In this document: one piece after another, positions 48,333 through 56,957 of the stretch
Layout of the letters: every line of letters starts with the position of its first letter
How positions within the stretch are numbered: the stretch's first letter is position 1
Assembly (NCBI GenBank): GCA_018399255.1
Contig: JAGYPA010000003.1
Span: forward strand, 58,032 to 122,031
DNA length: 64,000 bases
Origin: Spirochaetales bacterium
GTDB lineage: Bacteria > Spirochaetota > Spirochaetia > JABMQR01
Reading direction: 5' to 3'
The notes under the pieces: generated by a model
Told to the model about the DNA's origin: nothing
Databases searched by the model: none
The model's input: the letters and a program-made list of their open reading frames with translations, nothing else
Program-made: the position numbers and the translations under genes

Positions 48333-49353
48333 CTTCTCCGGTCAGATCAGCTGCAGCGCACTGCAGAAGATTGCGGAGATTGTCTTTTTTGATAGAATAG
48401 AAAATTTTATTTTTCTCTCCTATGCGAAAAGAGATGAGTCCGGCACTGATCATCTTGCTCAGGTGATAGGACATCGTTGCAGCAGTAAGGCCGAAATGTT
48501 TGGCTAGTTCATTGCTGAACCATTCCTTCTCCCCGAGCAGGCGGAGAATCTCTACCCGCTTGTTGTCAGACAGTGCGCTGAAGAGGATATTTGTCTGAAG
48601 TTTTCGGTTAGCCGATGTAAGCAGAGTGGTACGGGTGATGCCCAGCAGGATTAACTTCTTTTTTATGGAGATCATTGAGCCTGTATCGCAGGTATAGGAT
48701 AAGCAGACAGTAATGTTTTCGTCACCATCAAGCAAGTTGCTGTAGTGGCCCAGAGTAAGCGTGTCAAGAAAATGGGCGGGATTCTGATGCAGCAGGGATT
48801 CGGTTTCGGCGGCTTTTTCTGACCCGAGAGCGATAAGTTCCTTGCGGTAGGGAAGGTAGTGGCTTTGATGGAAATCGGCAAGGGTCTGAACAATTCTGGT
48901 TCGCCATTCTTCAGGGGCATCAAAAAGCTGCTTGATAAGTTTTTCCTGACTTTTTGCCGGGTTGATAAAATTCGCCTTGACTCCCTCCCTGATATCTTTC
49001 AAGGTCAGTTCTTTTACTGTTTTATTCTCCATTTTCAAATGCATGAGGAAGAGCTTAAGAAATTCTTCATCAGAGAGACCCTGCAGGTAGGTGAGGAGTT
49101 CCTCGTCGTTGGTAATAGCTTTCTGGTGGATAAGGAAGAAGAGAATCCAGAAGGTTATGAACATTTTGCAAAAGAACAGGTCGATATCATTTTTCAGGAA
49201 GGGTGAAATGTTCCTATCTACTTCCTGGATGATTTCGGCAATACGAGGGTCCGGCGGTATGGAACTCTCTCCATCTTCCTTTTCCAGCTTCTGGTCAATA
49301 AAACTGTTGAGAAAGCAGAGAAACTCAACAGCATGGTTATAAATAACTTTCAT
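48313..49353 (-). CDS. Transcriptional regulator with C-terminal ArsR/SmtB-type HTH and an N-terminal domain of unknown function
   Basis: C-terminal RVEILRLLGEKEWFSNELAKHFGLTAATMSYHLSKMISAGLI. Confidence 0.6.
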   Translation of the reverse strand: MKVIYNHAVEFLCFLNSFIDQKLEKEDGESSIPPDPRIAEIIQEVDRNISPFLKNDIDLFFCKMFITFWILFFLIHQKAITNDEELLTYLQGLSDEEFLKLFLMHLKMENKTVKELTLKDIREGVKANFINPAKSQEKLIKQLFDAPEEWRTRIVQTLADFHQSHYLPYRKELIALGSEKAAETESLLHQNPAHFLDTLTLGHYSNLLDGDENITVCLSYTCDTGSMISIKKKLILLGITRTTLLTSANRKLQTNILFSALSDNKRVEILRLLGEKEWFSNELAKHFGLTAATMSYHLSKMISAGLISFRIGEKNKIFYSIKKDNLRNLLQCAAADLTGEGDCPQQ

Positions 49354-49514
49354 ACTTTTAATATATCACATTAAGAAAATTATTTCATTAATAATTTAGA
49401 AAAATATCTAACAAACACTTGACAGCTTTCTAGAACTATAATATATATAGAATATAAATATTAGAAAATTATCTAATATCAAGGTATGAAAAATTTTGAC
49501 CAAGGGAGGAAGCC

Positions 49515-49736
49515 ATGTTTTATAATGAATACATGCTGGAGAATGCGAAAGAGTACCAGAAACAGGTAGTAGAAGAAATTGAGTGGCTGCGCAGGATTCG
49601 AAACATGCGCATCACTGCCCGACTTGCAAAGAAGAAGTGCTGCAAGGAAGTTGCGCTTGAGAAAAGTTCCGCTGTCGCTGCGTTGAAATCTGATGACCCT
49701 GCCGAAGCTCGAAACAAGTCCACCATTCCTGCATAA
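49515..49736 (+). CDS. Small hypothetical protein (73 aa) upstream of the trp operon
   Basis: GGGAGG ribosome-binding site with 7-nt spacing to the ATG. It is followed directly by a strong hairpin. No family recognised. Confidence 0.35.
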   Translation: MFYNEYMLENAKEYQKQVVEEIEWLRRIRNMRITARLAKKKCCKEVALEKSSAVAALKSDDPAEARNKSTIPA

Positions 49737-49738
49737 CC

Positions 49739-49812
49739 AATCCTGCGGGGAAGATCCCGCAGGATTTCCATGAAATTGGCTCCAAAACGTCGCTCTTGCT
49801 TTTTGCAAGAGC
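49739..49812 (+). promoter_or_regulatory. Two stem-loops in the trpE leader region
   Basis: Perfect 11-bp stem aatcctgcggg / cccgcaggatt (49739-49766) and 8-bp stem gctcttgc-ttttt-gcaagagc (49792-49812). Neither is followed by a clean U-tract. Confidence 0.4.
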
Positions 49813-49887
49813 CTCAAATGAAAAAATATTACCATTTCATCTATGACGGCGTTGACTTTTATCTCGATTGTTTCTATAAACAGAAAC

Positions 49888-51294
49888 ATGAATACGATAG
49901 AGTTCAAAAAACTGCGGGCAGACCGCATAACTCCCCAGGTAGCTTTCCTGAAGCTTTCCGCCTGCGCCCTTCTTGAGTCAGCGGTGCTCGACATCGGTAA
50001 AAGCCGCTTCTCAATAATTATGGTGGCTGAGTCTTTCCGGCTGCTTCTTGACGAAAGAGGGGTTGTCAGAACAGAACCGGGCAGGCAGGATATCGTGCTG
50101 GATAAATCCCCGAATCAGTTTCTTCCTCTTTTGAGAAAACTTGCTGCTGAAACCGCAGACTTTCCCGGAACCGGGCGGCTGGATTTTCCCGTTCCTGCAA
50201 GCGGTGTAGGGTATCTTGGTTACGAAACTGTTGCTCTCATGGATGAAGTCAAGATCTCCATGCAGCACGATACTCTTGGACTTCCCGATGCCGTTTTCAT
50301 CTTCGGACGCCTGTTTGTTGTTTTTGATCATTACAAGGATGAGCTTATCATAGCTGCCATCGGTCGCGACGGTGAAACCTGCAATCTGAACGAAGAGATC
50401 AGTAAGGTTGAGGAGCGGCTGTTCGATGCTGATTTCCGGGCATTTCAGGGGGATGAACAACTCTATTCTGCCAGAATGGATATTGACCGGAATCGGGAGT
50501 CCTATATAGCAGGAACCAGAAAGGTAAGGGATGCTATTATCCGGGGTGATCTGCTTCAGGGGGTTCTTTCCCATCGGATAGCCGTGGAAGCAGGTGTGCC
50601 GCCCTTTGAAGCCTACCGGAGACTGCGCAGAGCAAACCCTTCTCCCTACATGTTTTATCTTGATTTTTCCGATTTCATCCTGTATGGAGCCAGTCCTGAG
50701 GTCATGATTCGCAGCACAGAGGGTGTCGCGACCGTAAAGCCGATTGCAGGAACCCGGCCGAGGGGGGCATCACGAAAGGAAGATCTTCTGCTGGAGCAGG
50801 AACTTCTCAGTGATCCAAAAGAACGGGCAGAGCACATGATGCTCATTGACCTTGCACGGAACGATCTCAATCGGGTCTGCCGGCCTGGAACGGTAAGGAT
50901 TGCTAAAAGCTATACCGTTGAGCGCTATTCACATGTCATGCATATAGTTTCCGAAATAGAAGGCGAGCTGGAAGAGGGTGCTGATGCCATAGATTTGATC
51001 AAGGCCGCATTTCCGGCAGGAACCGTTTCAGGAGCACCGAAAATTAAAGCTATTGAGATTATTTCTTCGCTTGAACAGGAAAAGCGCGGACCCTATGCGG
51101 GCCTTATCGGTTATTTTGACATTAACGGAGATTTTGACTCCTGTATTGTAATACGCTCGGTCATCTATCAGAAAGGTATGTTCTTTGTCCAGGCCGGAGC
51201 AGGGATAGTGTATGACTCAGTGCCGGAAAAAGAATTCGATGAGACAGTGCATAAAGCTCAGGCTATGATCAGAACCATAGGGGGAATCGAATAA
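49888..51294 (+). CDS. trpE: Anthranilate synthase component I
   Basis: Chorismate-binding C-terminal domain (GAPKIKAIEIISSLEQEKRGPYAG). The start is uncertain, at 49843 or 49888. Confidence 0.9.
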   Translation: MNTIEFKKLRADRITPQVAFLKLSACALLESAVLDIGKSRFSIIMVAESFRLLLDERGVVRTEPGRQDIVLDKSPNQFLPLLRKLAAETADFPGTGRLDFPVPASGVGYLGYETVALMDEVKISMQHDTLGLPDAVFIFGRLFVVFDHYKDELIIAAIGRDGETCNLNEEISKVEERLFDADFRAFQGDEQLYSARMDIDRNRESYIAGTRKVRDAIIRGDLLQGVLSHRIAVEAGVPPFEAYRRLRRANPSPYMFYLDFSDFILYGASPEVMIRSTEGVATVKPIAGTRPRGASRKEDLLLEQELLSDPKERAEHMMLIDLARNDLNRVCRPGTVRIAKSYTVERYSHVMHIVSEIEGELEEGADAIDLIKAAFPAGTVSGAPKIKAIEIISSLEQEKRGPYAGLIGYFDINGDFDSCIVIRSVIYQKGMFFVQAGAGIVYDSVPEKEFDETVHKAQAMIRTIGGIE

Positions 51295-52895
51295 TGGTGT
51301 TAATGATAGATAACTATGATTCCTTTACCTACAATGTTGTCGATCTGCTTCGCCGGTCCGGTGAAGAGGTTGTTGTTCGCCGAAGCCGGGATCTGACCTT
51401 GCAGGAAATTCGTGAGCTGAATCCCGACCGTCTGGTGATATCTCCCGGTCCGGGGCGACCGCAGGATGCCGGAATATCTCTGGCTGCGGTAAAAACGTTC
51501 GCAGGAACTATTCCAATTCTCGGAATATGCCTGGGTCACCAGGTTATTATTGAAGCCTTCGGAGGAAAAGTCATTCAGGCTCCCACCATAATGCATGGGA
51601 AGGCAGATACTGTAGCTCATGACAGTCAGGGGGTATTTAGAAACATCCAGCAGAACATCACCGTAATACGCTATCATTCTCTAGCTGCTGACCAGGCTTC
51701 GATACCGGACTGTCTCGATGTGACATCACGGGCTTTGTCCGATCAGGCAGTTATGGGGGTACGTCACCGCGAAATGCTGATTGAAGGAGTTCAGTTTCAT
51801 CCGGAATCTATCGGAACTGAGCAGGGTCTGAAAATAATTCAGAATTTTTTAAACTACAAAAGGGGTGAATCTCCTGTAACAGCCATAATCAAGAACCTTA
51901 CTGAGGGACGGGACCTCAGTGAATCACAGGCTTATGAAATAATGGATGAGGTGACAAACGGAGAATTAAGCGACGGGCAGATAGGCGCGTTTCTCGGAGC
52001 ACTCTCGGTGAAAGGAGTAACATCAGCAGAGCTGAGTCAGTTCGCGCGAGTGCTGCTGGCTAAAACCGGGGCTGTGCCGCTGCCTGCAGGCAGCGGCTTG
52101 CTTGATACCTGCGGAACGGGAGGAGATGGTCAGCATACGTTCAATATTTCATCGGCAGCAGCCTTGGTATGTGCCGCTTCCGGCGTGAAAGTTGCCAAGC
52201 ACGGAAACAAGGCTGTCTCGTCAAAGTCGGGCAGCTATGATTTTTACCAGGCTCTTGGAATACCCGTTCAGCTGCCTTATGCTGCCTCAATAAAAAGTAT
52301 TCAGGAAAAAAGTTTTACGTTTCTCTTTGCGCCGCTCTTTCATAGCGCTATGAAGTTTGTAGGTCGCGTTCGACAGGAGCTGAAAGTCAGGACTGTATTC
52401 AACATGATCGGACCCCTGGTCAATCCCCTGCGTCCAGAATTTCAAGTAGCCGGGGTGTATTCGGAAGAGCTTTTGGATCTGTATGCGGAAACTATGAAAA
52501 AGCTTGGTGTTAAAAGGGGACTGGTTGTCCACTCAGACGATCACCTGGATGAAATAAGTATTGCCGCAGCAACCCGGGCAAGGGAGTTGTGTGAGGACGG
52601 TACTATCAGGAAGCTGGTTATTGATCCGGAAGATTACGGTATCCGGGGATTCAGCCTGACAGATCTGGCTGGGGGGAATGCTGATGATAATGCCGCTGTT
52701 TTCAAAGCCGTAATTCAAGGGGATATAAAAAACAGACATATCGAAGCGGTAATGCTGGCTGTTGCCTTGAATGCTGCCGCCGGACTGTACGTTAGCGGCA
52801 GGGAGGTCTCGATTGCAGCCGGGTTCGACAAAGCAAAAACGCTGTTGATCGACGGAACACTTATTGATTTTGTCCAGCAGCTTGCAAAAGGTTAA
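51294..52895 (+). CDS. trpGD: Bifunctional anthranilate synthase component II (GATase) / anthranilate phosphoribosyltransferase
   Basis: N-terminal class-I GATase (GICLGHQ) fused to a TrpD domain (DTCGTGGDGQHTFNISSAAALV). Confidence 0.9.
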   Translation: MVLMIDNYDSFTYNVVDLLRRSGEEVVVRRSRDLTLQEIRELNPDRLVISPGPGRPQDAGISLAAVKTFAGTIPILGICLGHQVIIEAFGGKVIQAPTIMHGKADTVAHDSQGVFRNIQQNITVIRYHSLAADQASIPDCLDVTSRALSDQAVMGVRHREMLIEGVQFHPESIGTEQGLKIIQNFLNYKRGESPVTAIIKNLTEGRDLSESQAYEIMDEVTNGELSDGQIGAFLGALSVKGVTSAELSQFARVLLAKTGAVPLPAGSGLLDTCGTGGDGQHTFNISSAAALVCAASGVKVAKHGNKAVSSKSGSYDFYQALGIPVQLPYAASIKSIQEKSFTFLFAPLFHSAMKFVGRVRQELKVRTVFNMIGPLVNPLRPEFQVAGVYSEELLDLYAETMKKLGVKRGLVVHSDDHLDEISIAAATRARELCEDGTIRKLVIDPEDYGIRGFSLTDLAGGNADDNAAVFKAVIQGDIKNRHIEAVMLAVALNAAAGLYVSGREVSIAAGFDKAKTLLIDGTLIDFVQQLAKG

Positions 52896-52896
52896 C

Positions 52897-54330
52897 ATGA
52901 TAAATATTATTAATGAAATAAAAGAGAAAAGAAACCTTTATCGGTCTCATGAAAGCAGGGAGATACGGAATGCCTTTCCGGAAAATGTTCGAGCTCTGCC
53001 GCTTGTTGATTTTTTTTCAGAAAAAGATGTTATCTGTGAACTGAAGAAAGCTTCTCCCAGTAAGGGGGTAATCAATAATAGTGAAGAATTTACGGATATC
53101 ATAGATGATTATCTAGCCGGCGGGGCCAGTCGCTTCTCTGTCCTCACCGAAAGAAACTACTTTCTTGGTGATTGGAGGTACCTTCATGCCTTGAAAAGCC
53201 GACACCCGGAAATGGGTTTCCTGCGTAAGGATTTTCTCTTTTGCCGGGAAGATATTCATGATGCCTGGCTTATGGGAGCTGACGCGGTTCTGCTGATTGC
53301 CGCCATGCTTAAAGACCGGGAATTGGAAGAGCTCATAGCAGAAGCGCATACCTATGGGTTAAAAGTGCTCTGTGAAGCTCATACGGCCATGGAAGTAAAG
53401 CGAATAGTCGATTTGAGGGAGAAAACTGACGCGTTGGGAATAAATGCCCGTGACCTGAAAACCTTTCACGTCAATACCCGCATACCCTTTGCCCTTAAAG
53501 GTATGGTTCCGGATAACCTGCCGGTACTATTCGAGTCGGGAGTAATGGATTCTTCGGTTTCCTACCTGGCGGGGAACAGTGGATTTTACGGTATCCTTAT
53601 AGGTGAGGCTGTCATGCGCAGTATCAGCTCTGTACGAACCGATCTCGTATACTCCTTGAGGAAATCTTTTTTTGACGGGGCCAAGGAACATCCCAACTTT
53701 TTCACAAAGCTGATGAAGCTGCATGCAGGACGGCCCCTGGTAAAAATTTGCGGCTTAACAAGTATTTCTGATGCGGAGGCTGCAGTACAGGCAGGGGCTG
53801 ATGTTCTCGGCTTTATTCTTGCTCCCTCCAGACGACAGGTTGCACCGGCGGATCTCGGCACCTTCAAAACTTTGCCGGTACTGAAGGCTGCCGTTGTTAT
53901 GGATCCTGATGAAGAGTTGCAGAATCTGCTGCGGGATATGCTTGAAAAAGAGGTGATTGATGCAGTTCAGTTTCATGGGCAGGAGAGCCCTGAGCTGGTG
54001 AAGTCCTTTCAGGGGAACGGGTATAAAGCGTTGACCCTTCTTGATCCCGCCGATGTCCGTGATGATCCCTATGCTCCACTTTCGCTTTACGACCGACCAA
54101 AGGGGAAGAATAACGATTCACTGGGGATTCCGTTTGGAAGTGAATTCTCTGATGTTCTCCGAGGAGCATTCCTTGCCGGCGGTATAACACCGGCCAATCT
54201 TGAATATGTTTTGAAGACCTTTGACCCGCTTCTTGTTGATATTGCGGGAGGCGTTGAAAAAAATCCGGGAATAAAAGATCGTAATAAAATTAACAATATA
54301 TTTTCAATTATAAGGAAAAATTATGGGTAA
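52897..54330 (+). CDS. trpCF: Bifunctional indole-3-glycerol-phosphate synthase / phosphoribosylanthranilate isomerase
   Basis: TrpC domain (ICELKKASPSKG), then a TrpF domain (VKICGLT). It begins 2 nt after the trpGD stop. Confidence 0.85.
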   Translation: MINIINEIKEKRNLYRSHESREIRNAFPENVRALPLVDFFSEKDVICELKKASPSKGVINNSEEFTDIIDDYLAGGASRFSVLTERNYFLGDWRYLHALKSRHPEMGFLRKDFLFCREDIHDAWLMGADAVLLIAAMLKDRELEELIAEAHTYGLKVLCEAHTAMEVKRIVDLREKTDALGINARDLKTFHVNTRIPFALKGMVPDNLPVLFESGVMDSSVSYLAGNSGFYGILIGEAVMRSISSVRTDLVYSLRKSFFDGAKEHPNFFTKLMKLHAGRPLVKICGLTSISDAEAAVQAGADVLGFILAPSRRQVAPADLGTFKTLPVLKAAVVMDPDEELQNLLRDMLEKEVIDAVQFHGQESPELVKSFQGNGYKALTLLDPADVRDDPYAPLSLYDRPKGKNNDSLGIPFGSEFSDVLRGAFLAGGITPANLEYVLKTFDPLLVDIAGGVEKNPGIKDRNKINNIFSIIRKNYG

Positions 54331-55552
54331 ATGGTTTGGTGAATTTGGTGGACAGTATGTTGCTGAGGTGCTTAAGCCGGCATTGCTGGAGCTGGAGAAC
54401 GCCGTCAGCACGATTATTCCGTCAAAGAGTTTTCAGGATACCTATGCGGCCATGCTGCTCGAATATGTCGGCCGACCCACACCGCTCTACTTTGCTGAGA
54501 ATCTTACCCGGCAGCTGGGCGGGGCAAAAATCTATATAAAGCTTGAAGGACTTGCCAATACTGGAGCGCATAAGATTAACAATGCGCTTGGGCAGGTGCT
54601 GCTTGCCAGGACAATGGGGAAGCGGAGAGTAATCGCTGAAACCGGTGCGGGTCAGCACGGGGTGGCGGTGGCAGCTGCAGCGGCAAAGCTTGGTCTTTCC
54701 TGCGAAGTCTATATGGGTGAAATCGATGTACAGCGACAGCAGCCCAATGTTTTCCTGATGCGTCAATTCGGGGCATCCGTGAAGCCTGTTGCCGATGGGA
54801 CGAGAACGTTGAAAGATGCGGTAAATGCAGCACTGAAAGAGTGGGTAAGGGATCCCGATACGACAGCCTATGTTCTGGGATCGGCATTGGGACCCTATCC
54901 CTATCCGGATATGGTACGCGGCTTCCAGCGGGTTATTGGCGATGAAACCCGGCGTCAGGTGCTGGATCAAACCGGCAGGCTTCCATCAGAGCTGTTCGCC
55001 TGCTGCGGCGGGGGATCTAATGCTATCGGAATATTCACCGCTTTTCTTGATGATCCGGTACGTCTTACTGCTGTAGAAGCTGGCGGAACAGGCAATGCTC
55101 CAGGAGAGCATGCATCCCGGATGAACGGACTCAGCAAAACAGGAATCGTTGAAGGCTATAAATCGTATTTTCTTCAGGATGATGACGGGCAGATTCAGCC
55201 GACCCATTCCATATCGGCCGGTCTGGATTATGCGGGTATCGGCCCGGAGCTCGCCGAGCTTGGGCGGACAGGGAGAGTTGTCTTTACCTCAGCCCGGGAC
55301 GGTGAGGTTCTTGCTGCTTTTCAGCAGACCGCCAGGAGTGAGGGGATTCTCTTTGCTCTCGAATCAGCTCATGCAGCTGCGGCAGCGTTCAAGAAAGTTC
55401 CTCATATGGATAAAAACGATTCAATTGTGATACATATGTCGGGAAGGGGAGATAAAGATCTATTTATAACCGCTGGTGCTCTATACACAGAGGAATGGGC
55501 GAAGTTCCTCCGACAGGAAGCTGACCGGCTGGAAAGGCAGGCAGAACGATGA
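54323..55552 (+). CDS. trpB: Tryptophan synthase beta chain
   Basis: GKWFGEFGGQYV N-terminus and the LNHTGAHKINN-type PLP region (NTGAHKINN). Confidence 0.95.
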   Translation: MGKWFGEFGGQYVAEVLKPALLELENAVSTIIPSKSFQDTYAAMLLEYVGRPTPLYFAENLTRQLGGAKIYIKLEGLANTGAHKINNALGQVLLARTMGKRRVIAETGAGQHGVAVAAAAAKLGLSCEVYMGEIDVQRQQPNVFLMRQFGASVKPVADGTRTLKDAVNAALKEWVRDPDTTAYVLGSALGPYPYPDMVRGFQRVIGDETRRQVLDQTGRLPSELFACCGGGSNAIGIFTAFLDDPVRLTAVEAGGTGNAPGEHASRMNGLSKTGIVEGYKSYFLQDDDGQIQPTHSISAGLDYAGIGPELAELGRTGRVVFTSARDGEVLAAFQQTARSEGILFALESAHAAAAAFKKVPHMDKNDSIVIHMSGRGDKDLFITAGALYTEEWAKFLRQEADRLERQAER

Positions 55553-56361
55553 TAGAAGAGTTGCAAAAACCAGATTATAAACCGATACCTATTATGGGAC
55601 ATCTTGTCGCCGGCTATCCTGATCGGGAGGGGTTTACGGCAGCGTGCCGGGCAATGGCAGACGGCGGAATAGAGATTCTAGAACTGCAGCTGCCGTTCTC
55701 CGATCCTACAGCCGACGGACCGCTGAATACAGAAGCGGGAGAAACAGCCCTGCGCAATGGTTTTAAAATGCGCGATCTGCCCAGCTATCTGGATACGGTA
55801 AAAGCCGGAGGATTCGATGAAATCCATATAATGACGTATGCAAATATTCTTTACAGGCAGGGGATGAAAGCGTTTGTTGATAATCTCGATGATGTCGGGG
55901 TGACGGGAATAATCATTCCCGACTTGCCCCTTGAAGATGAAGAAGGCTTTTATGCCTACACTGCCGATAAGCGAATCGATGCGGTACCGGTGGTCATCGT
56001 TAACATGCGCTCAGATCGTGCAGACTTGCTAAAGAGTCTGCCGGTATCCCGCTGCTACGCTGCGCTGAGGCAGGGAGTTACCGGGACCAGAACGATCGTT
56101 GAAGACAAGCAGCTGCAGTTTCTTGACTCACTCGAAAATCTTCGTGTGTATGCCGGTTTCGGCATAACGAGCAGGGAACAGATTGAAGCGCTCCGCGGAC
56201 ACGCCCACGCGGCGGTGGTAGGATCCTACTTTACTTCAATTATCCGTGAGGCAGCCAGACCGGGCGTAAATGACGATGATTCAGACAGCAGGACTGATGC
56301 CATATATCAGAAAGTAAAGGTCGGAGCGAGAAAGCTGTCTGAGCCGGAATCGGGTCGTTAA
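55549..56361 (+). CDS. trpA: Tryptophan synthase alpha chain
   Basis: TrpA pattern (ELQLPFSDPTADGP). There is a 4-bp overlap with trpB. Confidence 0.9.
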   Translation: MIEELQKPDYKPIPIMGHLVAGYPDREGFTAACRAMADGGIEILELQLPFSDPTADGPLNTEAGETALRNGFKMRDLPSYLDTVKAGGFDEIHIMTYANILYRQGMKAFVDNLDDVGVTGIIIPDLPLEDEEGFYAYTADKRIDAVPVVIVNMRSDRADLLKSLPVSRCYAALRQGVTGTRTIVEDKQLQFLDSLENLRVYAGFGITSREQIEALRGHAHAAVVGSYFTSIIREAARPGVNDDDSDSRTDAIYQKVKVGARKLSEPESGR

Positions 56362-56756
56362 TCTGTAAACTCCACATCCCATGACATATCAGCTACCTTG
56401 CTCAGGGTCTGGTATATTGAGCAGTAACGGGATGCAATATCAACCGCTTTTTTAGCTTTGCTCTCATCCTCTGCCCCGGAAATAGTCACTTTGACATGGC
56501 AAACTTTAAGGGTAGCAATTTTTTCATCGCGCTTTTCACCCCTGACATCAAAATTTGTTTTTTTGACCGATATCTGCATTTTTTCCAATATGGATTCGTA
56601 GGTCATGAAAAGACATCCGCTCAATGCACTGAGAAGCAGTTCATACGGAGCAAATTTCTCATTTTCACCGCCCAGCTCCACGACGGAACCCCGATCGTTT
56701 AAAGCCTTCCAGTTGTCACCTATAAAATCTACCGATACATGATGTTTAGCGCCCAT
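56358..56756 (-). CDS. OsmC/Ohr-family peroxiredoxin-like protein
   Basis: 132 aa with an OsmC-like pattern and conserved Cys residues (SGCLFMT, CHVK). Confidence 0.6.
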   Translation of the reverse strand: MGAKHHVSVDFIGDNWKALNDRGSVVELGGENEKFAPYELLLSALSGCLFMTYESILEKMQISVKKTNFDVRGEKRDEKIATLKVCHVKVTISGAEDESKAKKAVDIASRYCSIYQTLSKVADMSWDVEFTD

Positions 56757-56957
56757 TATATACTCCTGTTTTCTTTAAAAAAGTTTTTGCCCATTATTCG
56801 CTTTCCTTAAAGTATACAAATAAGACGTGATATCGTCCATGGTATCCTGCTTTTCCGGATATGCACCCAGGTTTTGAAAAAATACTTTTAAAATTGTAAA
56901 AACCATTGTATAAATATACAAAACTTATACAAAATAACTACATATTCAGGAGCAGTA

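Noticed and set aside
49770-49976. 68-aa ORF overlapping the trpE start as a leader peptide
   Set aside because: It has no Trp codons and runs into the trpE coding frame. It is more likely out-of-frame noise or the region where the trpE start is ambiguous.
56839-56877. 12-codon ORF (MVSCFSGYAPRF) as a TnaC-like leader peptide
   Set aside because: It has no Trp codon and no ribosome-binding site, so it is unlikely to be a tryptophan-sensing leader.
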